From Octopus bimaculoides (taxonomy: Eukaryota), in contig NC_068983.1 in assembly GCF_001194135.2 (NCBI RefSeq), positions 57,743,880 to 57,793,264 on the forward strand: 49,385 bases of DNA, in the 5' to 3' direction. A program made the translations under genes and the position numbers. The notes beneath the pieces are model-generated. The model did not search any database. It saw only the letters and a program-made list of their open reading frames with translations, and was not told where the DNA came from. Positions 1-11,921 of this stretch are shown piece by piece (positions within the stretch are counted from its first letter, which is position 1; each line of letters opens with the position of its first letter).

Positions 1-530
1 GCGTTGCGTATGATTTCTGAAGAGCGCACATCCTTGAATTTTCTCCTTGGGGACATCTGTCGTCTTTCCTCAGGGAAGGTTTTATCCCTAAACCTTTGTA
101 GTTTTGGCGGGGTGTCGGGTGGGCAAACCGGCAGTTCTTGCCGTCTTCCCCATGCCAACATTTGCCTTGTAGGTAAAATTTTTGGGTGCCTTCCAAATTT
201 CTTCTTTCCTTTGGTGTCTTGGATGGCATTGGATCCACCTTGCAATTTTCTACTTTTTGTTCTTCCTTTTCTTGTGGGTACTGCTTTCCACTGGTTATCT
301 ATTGGGGTGAGGGATCCTTTCCTTTGTAGGACCACTGGCACAGAGGGGCTTCTATTTGCTGCTTCCTTGGCTCCATTATCCTTTTCTGCCTGGTTGTTCA
401 TAGGAGTGGGTGATCCATTCTTTTGAGGAGCCACTGGGTCAGAGAGACTTCCGGGTGTTTTTTTCCTTTTACGTTTCAAGCCTATGCTCTTCGTATACAA
501 ACGTTGTGCTGTATTGGAGTGATTTCTCAT
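1..530 (-). mobile_element. Probable LINE ORF1 fragment with a decayed CCCH zinc finger, running off the window start
   Basis: My translation: the minus strand is open from ATG at 530 to the window edge (MRNHSNTAQRLYTKSIGLKRKRKKTPGS...). An overlapping frame at 178-116 reads FYLQGKCWHGEDGKNCRFAHP, a C-x8-C-x3-H motif whose first Cys is lost. I recall similar fingers in ORF1 of some invertebrate CR1/L2-type LINEs. Confidence 0.4.
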
Positions 531-560
531 CAACGGAAGAGACCGGTGTAATGCATGTGT

Positions 561-1035
561 ATTCTCTTTTACTCTCTTTTACTTGTTTCAGTCATTTGAC
601 TGTGGCCATGCTGGAGCACCGCCTTCAGTCGTGCAAATCGACGCCAGGACTTATTCTTTGTAAGCTTAGTATTTATTCTATCGGTTGCTTTTGCCGAACC
701 GCTAAGTTACGGGGACATAAACACACCAGCATCGGTTGTCAAGCGATGTTGGGGGGACAAACAAAAACACACAAATATACACACACACACATACATATAT
801 ACGACGGGCTTCTTTCAGTTTCTGTCTACCAAATCCATTCACAAGGCTTTGGTCGGCCCGAGGCTATAGTAGAAGACACTTGCCCAAGATGCCAGGTAGT
901 GGGACTGAACCCGGAACCATGTGGTTCGTAAGCAAGCTACTTTATTTCATTAAATATTGACCATTAAGGCCTTACAAAGAGGGGACAAACAAGGACAGAC
1001 AGACGTAAGCAAGTTACTTGCCACACAGCCACTTT
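561..1035 (-). mobile_element. tRNA-derived SINE, family A, near full length with internal (CA/TA)n and a nested 61-bp insertion
   Basis: Minus strand has an A-box-like TGGCTGTGGCAAG and B-box-like GGTTCAGTCCC, a CORE-like CTTGGGCAAGTGTCTT segment and a TACTCTTT-type tail. Collinear with 11922-12350. Confidence 0.85.
943..1003 (-). mobile_element. 5'-truncated SINE family B tail inserted into family A, with a 16-bp TSD
   Basis: CGTAAGCAAGCTACTT (927-942) and CGTAAGCAAGTTACTT (1004-1019) flank the insert. Its reverse complement matches the TTTGTCCCCTCT...AAGAAATAA tail at about 26540-26592 and 41780-41830. Confidence 0.75.
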
Positions 1036-1059
1036 TACGCCTGTATATATATAAATATA

Positions 1060-1083
1060 TAGATAGGTAGATAGATAGATAGG

Positions 1084-1119
<36 letters not shown>

Positions 1120-1150
1120 CAGATAGATAGATAGATAGATAGACAGACAG
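1060..1150. repeat. (GATA)n microsatellite; a second (TATC)n array lies at about 1327-1375
   Basis: Direct inspection. Confidence 0.95.
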
Positions 1151-1323
1151 TCATATATATATTGCACTTTTCGAACTATTCAATTATTGGTGGGGTCAAG
1201 AAAATGTACCATTTAATATAAACAAAATTTCAATCTGAGCTACTATAAGTTTCATGCTTCTGATAATATGATAGCTGGGTGAACTTGGATAATGTGGAGT
1301 GTACTATCAGGCAATTATTCTTG

Positions 1324-1375
<52 letters not shown>

Positions 1376-1643
1376 ATACAAGAATAAGGGCAGGGAATCG
1401 TCAATTAATAATAGAATTAATAATTAACAATTTTGCCAAGTAGTTCAGTATGAAAAAAACCTTTATCGGTAAAACCATTTATCATCATAAATATACAGGG
1501 ATTAGCATTGAGTTGCTGCTCCAACATACTGAAAATTTAGAAATATCTATATATATATTATATANNNNNNNNNNNNNNNNNNNNNNNNNNNNNNNNNNNN
1601 NNNNNNNNNNNNNNNNNNNNNNNNNNNNNNNNNNNNNNNNNNN

Positions 1644-1704
<61 letters not shown>

Positions 1705-2127
1705 TACATACACACATATGTACATATATCTGTGTGTGTGTGTGTGTGTGTGCGTGTGTGTGTGTGTGCACGTGGTGTAATTCGCTGCATCAGTATTTTG
1801 CATCAAAGAATAAGAATGGATGAATCATACTTAAAAGATAAGACAATTCATATTCTTTTATGATTCCCATTTCAAACGTTCCTATTATGAATGACACAGC
1901 ATTTTCAAAGGATGAAATTATTTTCAACAACCTAGCATCACCTGAAGGAAAGATTCTGTATTGCATCGGTAAAATATGAATTCTTCTTTCATTTGCAATT
2001 TATCATACAAGGATCTTTTCTTTCGAATTCCTCATATTTTTACCGATGCCCCGTGTCTAGAGTTGTAGCTTCCAGTAACAAAGAGACGCAACACAGAAGC
2101 TATTGTTCCATTGTTAAGAGACAGACT

Positions 2128-2371
2128 ATGTATGTATATGCATATAATAATATGTGTATATAAGTATACATATGTGTGTGTGTGTGTGTGTGTGGGTGTC
2201 TGTGTATGTGTACACACACACACACATATATATATACATATATATATATGTATATGCATATATATGTATATGTATATATTTATATATTTATATATGTATA
2301 TATGTATGTATATATATATACATACATATATACATATACATATATAAATATATACATATACATATATATGC

Positions 2372-2408
<37 letters not shown>

Positions 2409-2489
2409 TACATACATATGAATAGATATATATATATACATACATATATACATATACATATATAAATATATACATATACATATATATGC

Positions 2490-2527
<38 letters not shown>

Positions 2528-2625
2528 AGATATACATTATATGCATATATGCGTATATATATATTTATTTATATATATGTATATATATACTTATATTTAT
2601 ATACAGATGTATATTTGTATATACA
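2128..2625. repeat. Compound (TA/CA/TG)n microsatellite with higher-order inverted and direct repeats
   Basis: Direct inspection; interrupting bases are mirrored around about 2315 and repeated about 118 bp later. Confidence 0.9.
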
Positions 2626-2975
2626 CATTGCTACAACGCAAATGGCCACGGAAAGATCCACTATTGGAATATCCCTATTAGAGCCTATTCAAAATGAGAT
2701 GTTCATGAACGGAGCAGAACAAACGATGTGATTGCAGAATACCAAAAACACAAGTTCCACTGGATAGGACATGTTGCGAAGTTCACAGACAACAGGTGGA
2801 TCCATGTAGTTACCGAGTGCTATCCAAGAGACTGGAAAAAAACCATTTGGAAGGCCCCTACGACGATGGGCAACTGATCTACTTAACTAATTTGGGTTAA
2901 AATGGAAAAGAATGGCACAATCTAGACAGAAATGGAAGCACATTGTAACCAGTGGTGTATAACAACATTTGATGA
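2626..2975 (+). mobile_element. RTE-clade LINE, 3' end of the RT ORF (frameshifted)
   Basis: Across frames: [16 protein letters not shown] / [48 protein letters not shown] / FGRPLRRWATDL. The W-GHV-R/K, RW and GRP--RW motifs are typical of the RTE C-terminus. A (TATG)n tract follows. Confidence 0.85.
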
Positions 2976-3199
2976 TCTGATCGATACTGTTATATTGTGA
3001 TATGTATATATGTGTGTACATATGTGTGTATGTACATATGTATGTATATATGTAAGTATATGTATGTATGTATGTATGTATGTTTGTATGTATGTAGCAA
3101 TGTAGCAATCTGTTTGTAGAGTTTTTACCTTTGGTTTTTTAACCTTGGCTAGTTCCTTTTGAACACCATTTTTTCGTTTTGGGATCCTACATGGTTTCC

Positions 3200-3556
3200 C
3201 TTGATCTTCAGTCGTAGGATCGTGGTTTCAATTGCCAGACCGGGCGTTATGAGTGTTTATTGAGCAAAAACACCTAAAGCTTCACGAGGCTCCAACAGTG
3301 GGTGGTGGTGAACCCTGCTGTACTTTTTCATGACAACTTTCTGTCGCTGTCTCTTCCTCCTGTTTCTGTTGTGCCTGTAATTCAAAGGGGCCAGCTTTGT
3401 CAGACTCTGTGTCACGCTGAATTTCCTCCAAAAGCTACGTTAAGGCTACACATGTCAGTGGAGTGCTCAGCCACTTGCACGTTAATTTCACGAGCAGGCT
3501 GTTCCGTTGATCGGATCAACTGGAACCCTCATCATCACAACCGACGGAGTGCCACA
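3200..3556 (+). mobile_element. tRNA-derived SINE, family D (5' partial)
   Basis: Collinear with the full copy at 48420-48796, including the GGATCAACTGGAACCCTC...CGGAGTGCCAC 3' end. Confidence 0.85.
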
Positions 3557-3619
3557 TATATCAGAAATCCTATGGTAATGTTCGATCAAGCATTGTCAAT
3601 GTCAGTCTCCAATCAATAT

Positions 3620-6260
3620 TTTGGATTTGCATAGTGATAGTTTCTACAAGACGATCAAAAGGATCTTTTTTCTTGGCCATGCTAATCCAACCAACATTAT
3701 TAATAAGTTACAATTTTAAAGCTACATCAATCAGTACGTAGTATTTCAGACCCCTTTATGTATCATATTTCCATATAATATTTACATTAAACATTTCATA
3801 ACCAAACCCTGACATTTGTAGACCTATCATAAAATACAGGCAAACAACATTAAAATAAGTGCAGACGATACTTTCATTAGATCCCAATTTTGGACTAAAT
3901 AAAGTAGTATATGAGTTGAGACCAACTTAAATTCTTTAGATGAGTAGAGAACGCTCTACTCTTTATCATTGCCAAAACTTCCTTCTCAGTATTTGAGTAT
4001 ATTGTTTCAGATACGTTTAATACTCTTCATACAAGATGACTATTTTGTAAAAGTATTCTGATGTAACTACAGGGTATTCAAAAAAACTCTCTGCAGTGAA
4101 TTTTTTTCACTGCTCAAATATTGTCCATCCATTTGTAAGTCAACTCATTGAAAGTGGAATTAATAATGCATACTCTTTCAACACCACCTCTTATAAATTT
4201 TGTTTTAATGTCTTGTAAAGTCTAATATATTCTTTTGTAGTCTTATACCATCTTATAAATATTTCGCAATAAAATACCTACTGCGGAGAGACTTTTTGAA
4301 CACCTTGTATTTCATTTAACTTGCAGTAATTTTCAAAGGTAACTTCCGTTGCGGTGTTATAAATCTTGTCTGATTGCATCAGTATTAGAATCATCCTTAT
4401 ATGTCCATATGCCTTTTACTGTTTGATATCTCTTGAACATGGGACAACACAATTACGAAGTGATTCAAGTGATGATATACAATTTGAATAATGGCTAACA
4501 AGTCTCCTACAGAAATTTTAAATTCGAGAAAATTTTCTAATTGTTTCTTCTCGTTTGGTGCTTTTACATCCATAATTCTCACAAACGATGATCTAGTGAT
4601 AGACATTTCTTTGTCAATCTATATTAAGAGAAACAAAAATAATGGTTTGCCCTTAATTTAGATTTAACTCGTTTGATCGCTTTGCCTTATAATTCCAAAC
4701 TTATGATTTTTATCTGCGTCGATATGTAAATGTTCAGAAATTTTAGCACTAAAATGTATTTGATATTTCCAACAACTTGTTCAATTGCTCTCTGAAACAT
4801 AATTCTGATGATTATCTCCCATTGGCGATATAAAAAACTATTGCTTATATGCACCACGTTTATTTGAGGAGTTTTCTCATTGCAAATAACGCAAGATTCT
4901 GTGTTCTAACACAACATCTGCTTTTAAGAAGGGATAAATATTATCTTTTGGTATTAATACTGCTTCTGTCCCTGTTAATTATTTTGTAATAAGCCCAATG
5001 GCTATTTACAACACCAGTGCATGACCAGACATTGGGATTCTATATGTATCGATGACGGAGAAACCACTGCTCAGTCTAGCTGTGGATGTCTACCATTGAC
5101 AAGGCAAAGGAAGGCTGAAATCAATTGATTAGTTCCTGCGTCATTAGCAGATGGTTATCTTTCACTAGCAATATAAACAAGAGTGCTTATATGCAGAATA
5201 AGTTCATGCGAGAGGTTTCTCTCGTGGTAGATGATGCAATATTTTGCGTTCTAACACTACATCCACTTTATAATATACAGGATACTTTATAATATCAGCT
5301 GTTTTTATTCCACATAGAAGACACGTCCAATATAAAAGCAAGTCCAACACTTTACTTATCTTCGTAACAAATTTTGCTTCAGAACACATTTGTTTGGTAT
5401 CAGATGATATCCAGTTTAGCAAAATAAATCATGTCAGAACGAGAAAGAAATATCGATTTTGTTTTTGGTGTTGGATAAGAATTTGTACGAACGATTTCAT
5501 TCAGACCTACTTTGTAGTCTCTGCATATTCCGAAATCTTCAACTGACTTTCATGCAACTACTGAAGAGGAGAGATCCATTTACTCCCTCTGGGAAGAACT
5601 TGTAAAATCTAAAAAAGAATCCTTCATTAATTAATTTCCTCAGCTTCTCTATGACTAATGGTTTAATGCATATTAGTAATGGCCTGGCCATAAAATAACC
5701 TGGCTTCATATCCCCTTTGAGATGAGTTTTAGCCTTAAAACTTCTTGATCTTCGGAATTGTTCTGACGCTCCAATCACATGAATTAATGCTGAACTAGCA
5801 ATATTCCTCACATTCATTCCAAGTTAACCAAACTTTTTACACTCCCTAACAATAACATTCTGAACCTTAATCTTTTTTATCAGTTTCTATTAATGCTTGA
5901 AATTTCTTTAAAATTTCAACAACTTGTCCTTAATTTTTTTTCATTTAATGGAACACATCCTTAATTTTAATTTATTTATATCCATCCATAAGCTCTGAGA
6001 TATTGCATAATTACTTAACGTCCAGTACCACTTTGCAGGCTGGAGTTAACCTCACTGAGATTCATATCGATCGTTATTTTAATTCTTTGAGCTCTTTCAG
6101 CAGTTTCGATTTCTACTTTTAAATGTTCCCTTTTCTTCTTTCCCTTGTATGACTGAAACGAGAAGATCCAAAATGGGTCGAAAGTCATAACATGCCAACT
6201 GGGAAATAGCATCGCTAGGTGAGACTGGCTGACACTTAAGCAGCATCGCTGATTGACAGG
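3620..6260 (-). mobile_element. Decayed Ty3/Gypsy LTR-retrotransposon pol (protease region, RT, RNase H, possible integrase remnant)
   Basis: Minus-strand pieces with stops and frameshifts: FKAKTHLKGDMKPGYFMARPL...KPLVIEKLRKLINEG; GSKWISP; GICRDYKVGLNEIVRTNSYPTP...MIYFAKLD; MFQRAIEQVVGNIK; APNEKKQLENFL; YSNTEKEVLAM...EFKLVSTH (RNase H). Confidence 0.85.
4889..5261 (-). mobile_element. LTR-like insertion in the Gypsy RT: 277-bp TG...CA unit, 68-bp spacer, then a 28-bp restart of the unit
   Basis: Minus strand TGTAG (5261) to TTACA (4985). 5236-5263 and 4891-4918 match at 24/28. Both unit starts are preceded by purine-rich tracts (AAAGTGGA, AAAAGCAGA). Confidence 0.5.
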
Positions 6261-6712
6261 GGTTCTCCGGCTTGTGTGGCATGGTGTAGAGTCCTGTTGC
6301 CAGAATGATGGTCTTCCAACAGCCACCCTCTTGACCCAGGGCAGCACTAACTCCTCCAGGCACTTGATGTAGGCCTTTGTGTTGAGACTGAGGTGGTGTG
6401 AACCATCACCAGTGATCACTCCAAACACCATGATGTTGACTGGATGTTTGATTTTTATCACTCTCAGAGCATGTCCTCAGATTGACACCCAAACACTGAA
6501 ACATTCATATTGGAGCTTCCAGTGCATATGTCAAGCAGTACAGCATGTCGTTTTCAAATTTCTGGCAGAGTGAATTGAGTCATAGCACTCTTTTTTCGCA
6601 GAGGTGCCCAACTGACCCTACTATACTGTATAGTCAACAACATCAAAAACAAACTATGCACATGCATGAAATTAGAAATATAAAATTGTGACAATTTACC
6701 CATCGCACACTG
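6261..6712 (-). mobile_element. Internally deleted Tc1/mariner-superfamily element (maT/DD37D-like), one end plus transposase fragments
   Basis: Starts TA|CAGTGTGCGATGGG at 6714-6699. N-terminal remnant MTQFTLPEI..KRHAVLL and catalytic remnant IKHPVNIMVFGVIT...LNTKAYIKCLEELVLPWVKRVAVGRPSFWQQDSTPCHTSRRT. Confidence 0.8.
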
Positions 6713-6933
6713 TATATACAGATATAGATATACATTTATTTATTTATTTATTTATGTGTTTCAGCCAAGTGGCTGCGGTCATGCTGGTGCACCACATATA
6801 TATATATAAAGAGAGAGTAGTAGATAGATAGATAGACTGACCGATAGACAGATAGATATAGATAGATACATTGATAAATATACAGATGTATAAATAAATA
6901 GATTGATAGATAGATGGACAGACAGACAGACAC

Positions 6934-6985
<52 letters not shown>

Positions 6986-7014
6986 ACATATACATATATG
7001 TATATATATATATA

Positions 7015-7160
7015 TCGGCGTTGGGAAAGGCATCCAGCCATAGAAACCATGCCAAAACAGACTAGAATCTGGATCAGCTTGCCAGCCCTGGTCAAACCGT
7101 CAAACCCATGCCGGCATGGACAGCGGACGTTAAATGATGATGACAATGATGATGATGATA
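7015..7160 (+). mobile_element. Family C retroposon 3' tail ending in (GAT)n
   Basis: AAGGCATCCAGC...CAAACCGTC...CATGCC...GGACGTTAAATGATGATG, shared with many copies in the window. Confidence 0.8.
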
Positions 7161-7929
7161 TATATATATATATATATAAAGAGAGATAGATAAGTAGATA
7201 GATACAGACAAAGAAAAAGAAAGAGAAGCAAGAAAGATTAAATAAAGATATCATACCAAGCCTGTGTCCTTTAGTCCAGAACAATAGTGTCTCGGTTGTC
7301 ATGACTGAAGTCATAACGGATCATTGTTAATACAATATCTAAGTATATATAAGAGAGTCGTTAATATTGCTGTTATTATTGTATAGGTGCTAAATCTTTC
7401 ATATGACCAATTCAAACATTTTGCCAACACATAAAAGAAGGTTAGATTACAATATTAACAAAATATTTCTATAAAAGAATCTTTGTTCAGAATTGGCATC
7501 TTTTAGTCAATTGATTCGAGGAAGAATTTCATAAAAAGACACTTATGATTCCACCAAAGAAAATATCAGATAAATAAAGAGGAAACTCGATTTCTATTTC
7601 TTCACGGTTTTGGTAGATAGAATTTCCATAAAAGAATAAAAGATAACTTCTGAAGATAGAAGAATTAGAAGACTGGCAAAGTCGTACAATTTATCCTAAA
7701 CTTATCTAATAATTACTGACTTAACATAATACCTTATATACAAGTATACTTACGTTATGTACTCTCGCACACAAACGTCTGTATGTGTGTGCATTTGTGT
7801 GTGTATGTGTGTAGTTAGATTGATGCATAGACAAGTAAATAGATATATACATATAGTAATGTCTCTACTCACACACAGACATGTATATATACTCTGATAT
7901 ATGTTTGTATAAAAGTTTGTGTGTTTATA

Positions 7930-8001
<72 letters not shown>

Positions 8002-8124
8002 CATACATGCATACATATATACATACATGTGTGTGTGTGTGTGTGTGTGTGTACATATATAAATACATACACACATGCACACACATATAGATAGATAGAT
8101 ACATACATACATACATACATAATG

Positions 8125-8455
8125 ACATCATCTTCATCATCGTCATCATCGTTTAACGTCCACCCTCCATGCCAGAATCGGTTGGATCGTTTCACAAGAG
8201 CCAACAAAACAGAAGTCTGTGCCAAACTTCTGTGACTATTTTGGCAGGATTTTTCCAGCTGGATGCTCTTCCTTACACCAACCACTCAGCAGAGTGGACT
8301 TAGTGCTTTTTATGTAGCACAAGCACAGGCGAGGTCAGTTTTGGTAAGCCTTTTACAAGTAGATGCCCTTCCAAATGCCAACCACTTTACAGTGTGGAGT
8401 GGGTGCTTTTAAGTGGCACCTGCACTGACAGGGTCACAAAGTACTTGCAAGACAA
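8125..8455 (-). mobile_element. Family C retroposon
   Basis: CATCATCGTTTAACGTCC...CAGCTGGATGCTCTTCC...GCCAACCACT, with an internal duplication of the core. Confidence 0.8.
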
Positions 8456-8499
8456 AACAATATTTATATGCATACATAAATATAGATGCATACGCACAA

Positions 8500-8581
<82 letters not shown>

Positions 8582-9059
8582 GCAAATATATATGTTTTCA
8601 TACATAAATACATATACATCAGCATACACACACACATATACTGATAAATACACACACACATACACAGAGATACACACACATCAGTGGTGGTTGCATAATG
8701 GGGACTGATTATTTTAATTTTCTCAATGATCAAGAAAAAGTCTCTAAATCGTTTCTTTCAAAATTATTTGCTATTTAAACTAAAATCTCATACCACTTAC
8801 TTTGATAATGGTATATAAAAAGGCAGTATTGAACTGGAACCATTACTTGGTTACATGTGTCGCCAAACACAAAGAAACACATGTGAAGAATATTAACAAT
8901 ATATTACTTTCTTCAAACAAATTAAAAGTTTTTTTTTATATTTCTTTCAGATCCCCCCATGGCAGATGAAATGTTAAAATAAGACACGAAAAGCCATGCA
9001 GTCATTTTTGTCAATCTCTCATCCACATATACATATTTACACATGCACACACTCTTATA

Positions 9060-9200
9060 CACATAGAAGACAACCTTTTTTCCGTTTCCATCTGCTATAT
9101 TCCTTCACAAAACTTTGGTCGGCCTGGGGCTGAACCAGAAGACACTTGCCCGAAATCATGTGACTGGGGAAGCAAACTTCTTCTCCACACAATCCTGCTG
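9060..9200 (-). mobile_element. SINE family A, partial
   Basis: GTTTCCATCT...TCACAAAACTTTGGTCGGCCTGGGGCT...GAAGACACTTGCCC...CCACACA matches the family A head half. Confidence 0.7.
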
Positions 9201-9239
9201 TATGTATATATGTATATGTGTGTATGTCTGTCTGTCTGT

Positions 9240-9332
<93 letters not shown>

Positions 9333-11724
9333 NNNNNNNNNNNNNNNNNNNNNNNNNNNNNNNNNNNNNNNNNNNNNNNNNNNNNNNNNNNNNNNNNNNN
9401 NNNNNNNNNNNNNNNNNNNNNNNNNNNNNNNNNNNNNNNNNNNNNNNNNNNNNNNNNNNNNNNNNNNNNNNNNNNNNNNNNNNNNNNNNNNNNNNNNNNN
9501 NNNNNNNNNNNNNNNNNNNNNNNNNNNNNNNNNNNNNNNNNNNNNNNNNNNNNNNNNNNNNNNNNNNNNNNNNNNNNNNNNNNNNNNNNNNNNNNNNNNN
9601 NNNNNNNNNNNNNNNNNNNNNNNNNNNNNNNNNNNNNNNNNNNNNNNNNNNNNNNNNNNNNNNNNNNNNNNNNNNNNNNNNNNNNNNNNATATATATATA
9701 TATATATATATAGCTCGTGACACAGACACACTGATATCGACATACAGTGTGCGAAACCATGTGTGACGCAAGTGAAGCTTTTTATGTATTTGCTTTCAAT
9801 TCACTTTTTTGTATTGCAAAGTCAAAATTATTCTGAAATAATTTCAAGTAAAAAGAATAGTTGCATAATAATGCCAGTGCACTAAACACTGACATAAATT
9901 TGGCATTGATGCACAATTCTACCATTCTGTTAGTGCAGGAATTTCGCATCAGAGGATTATAATCACAATGATCAAATGCAGCAGATTACAGAGATTTCAA
10001 AGGTTACATGAGATATTTGCCAATTCCGTCATTTTACACTCCATTCAAAAACGAAGTAAATTTTTGATTCACGGTAATCTTCAGTTAATACACTGAACAT
10101 CGCTGCATAATATTTATTTCGTAATCATTTCTCAAATTTCAACCAGTAGAAATATGATTTAAAAACTGTATAAAAACAGGAAAAAGTGTCAGTACTTTTA
10201 TATCTTTCTTCTGTTTGTTATGCTTATTTATTTATTATTATTCACTTGTTTTTTATTTATTTGTTTTCCTTTCCAAAATTATGTTTTTGAAAGAGACCAG
10301 CAGTGCATCAAATATAATCTTTTAATCTAGTTGTTAGAAAATTTAATTGAAATCAATAAGAATTTGTTACCGTGTGGAGAATAACTTCATTTTTATCAAT
10401 GCTAATAATTTTTGCCAACAAAATTTTGTGAGATAATTTATAAAATTTAAAATATTATTTGCCAAATGTAATATGCATTTTTGTTTTCAGAGAAGATCAG
10501 GGTTCGACGAGGAGGGTGTTGTGTTTTTTTGTTTTTTAATCAAGAAGGATAATTCTGTTGACGATGACAAAAATGAAAACGTTTTAGAGGAGAAGTATCA
10601 ATAAATGAAAGAATAAATAGTTAGTTTCCGAAAATGGTAAAAAATGTTAACTGTTTTGTGAGAATATTCAACAAAAAGTTATCAGGTCGTAATAAAACAT
10701 AGATTAGGCTGAGTGGATTTCACATTGCTAGGTCAATAAAGTACGAGACAGAGAGCCGAGAGATTCTCCTGTAGACCCTGTCTCTTTCTAAAAGCACATA
10801 GCCTTGTAATTAGGGCGTTTGGCTCTTGGTCATACATTCGTGGATTCTAGTTTTAAACCAGTCGGTACATCATATCTTTGAGCTAGTGTATTTATTTCCA
10901 TGTTTCTCCAGTTTATTCAGCTGTATCAAGTACCAACCAGATGCTGGAATAATCCTCTCTTCCTTTGCTGGCTCAAGCGTGAGGGAAGAAAATAACTTCT
11001 ACTTCAAGAAGTAAAAGTTATTTTCTCAGATTTGTAGTTCAATTTTTTTTTGTATAATTAGCAACTGTGTCTCTAGTTTATTAATTGTAATATGAATTAA
11101 ATAATCTTGTTGGCTTCATAAACTAAATGAAAACTATGTAATTACTTAATGTTAGGCCGCAGCAGAACTACATATTACATAGTAATATGTGAGTTTACCT
11201 GTACAGCAGACAAATATATTGATGAGGCATCTAGCCTCACTTTGATACAGTAGCCTCGTTCTGAGACATTAGCTTTGTTCTGAGCTACACTGTATAAACT
11301 CTCAGCTCCTGCCAGGTTTCAATCAAAGACACATGTCTTCTCTGCAGCTCCACACGCAATCTCTCACATGCGACTCACATGTCTATTCACCTCAACACAA
11401 GATATATGGTGCATAAACGAAGACATTTTATCACACACACACATTCTCAAAATGACTGTTCTCATTACACACATGCACACATACTGTAATACAGAAATGT
11501 TACTTCTTTCAGTGCAAAAGCAAAAAGCAAAACTTTCTTTGTAGGTAAACACACGTTTTTGTATCATACTACATGCTTCCACCACAAAAGGTGAGCACAA
11601 AATAAACAATATATTTATACACAAAAATGTCTTATGGTGATTCATACTAACTGTTTTTCCATTTAATAACACGCACTTGAACAGCCAACGACAGCCACTA
11701 TAAGGCCTTAAATAAGGAGGCAAT

Positions 11725-11895
11725 AAGGCAGAATCATTAGCATGTCATGTAAAACGCTTAGTGGTATTTTGTCCGCCATGAAATTTCGTCTAAGATCAAA
11801 TTCTGCCAAGGTTGACTTTGCCTTTTGTCTTGTTGGTGTCGATAAAATAAGTACCAGTTATGTAGTAGGAGTTAACGTAATCAGTTTACTCCCTT
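11725..11895 (+). mobile_element. SINE family B, diverged
   Basis: GGCAGAATCATTAGCA...GGTTGACTTTGCCTTTT...GTCGATAAAATAAGTACCAGT. Confidence 0.8.
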
Positions 11896-11921
11896 TCGTT
11901 GAACTTGTTAGCATTGTTTCT

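Noticed and set aside
4-426. 140-aa plus-strand hydrophobic ORF
   Set aside because: Antisense shadow of the open, Lys-rich minus-strand frames; no recognisable motifs.
9744-9760. TACAGTGTGCGA matching the Tc1/mariner end at 6703-6714
   Set aside because: It faces away from the 6261-6712 element, so it cannot be its partner TIR; no transposase or second end was seen.
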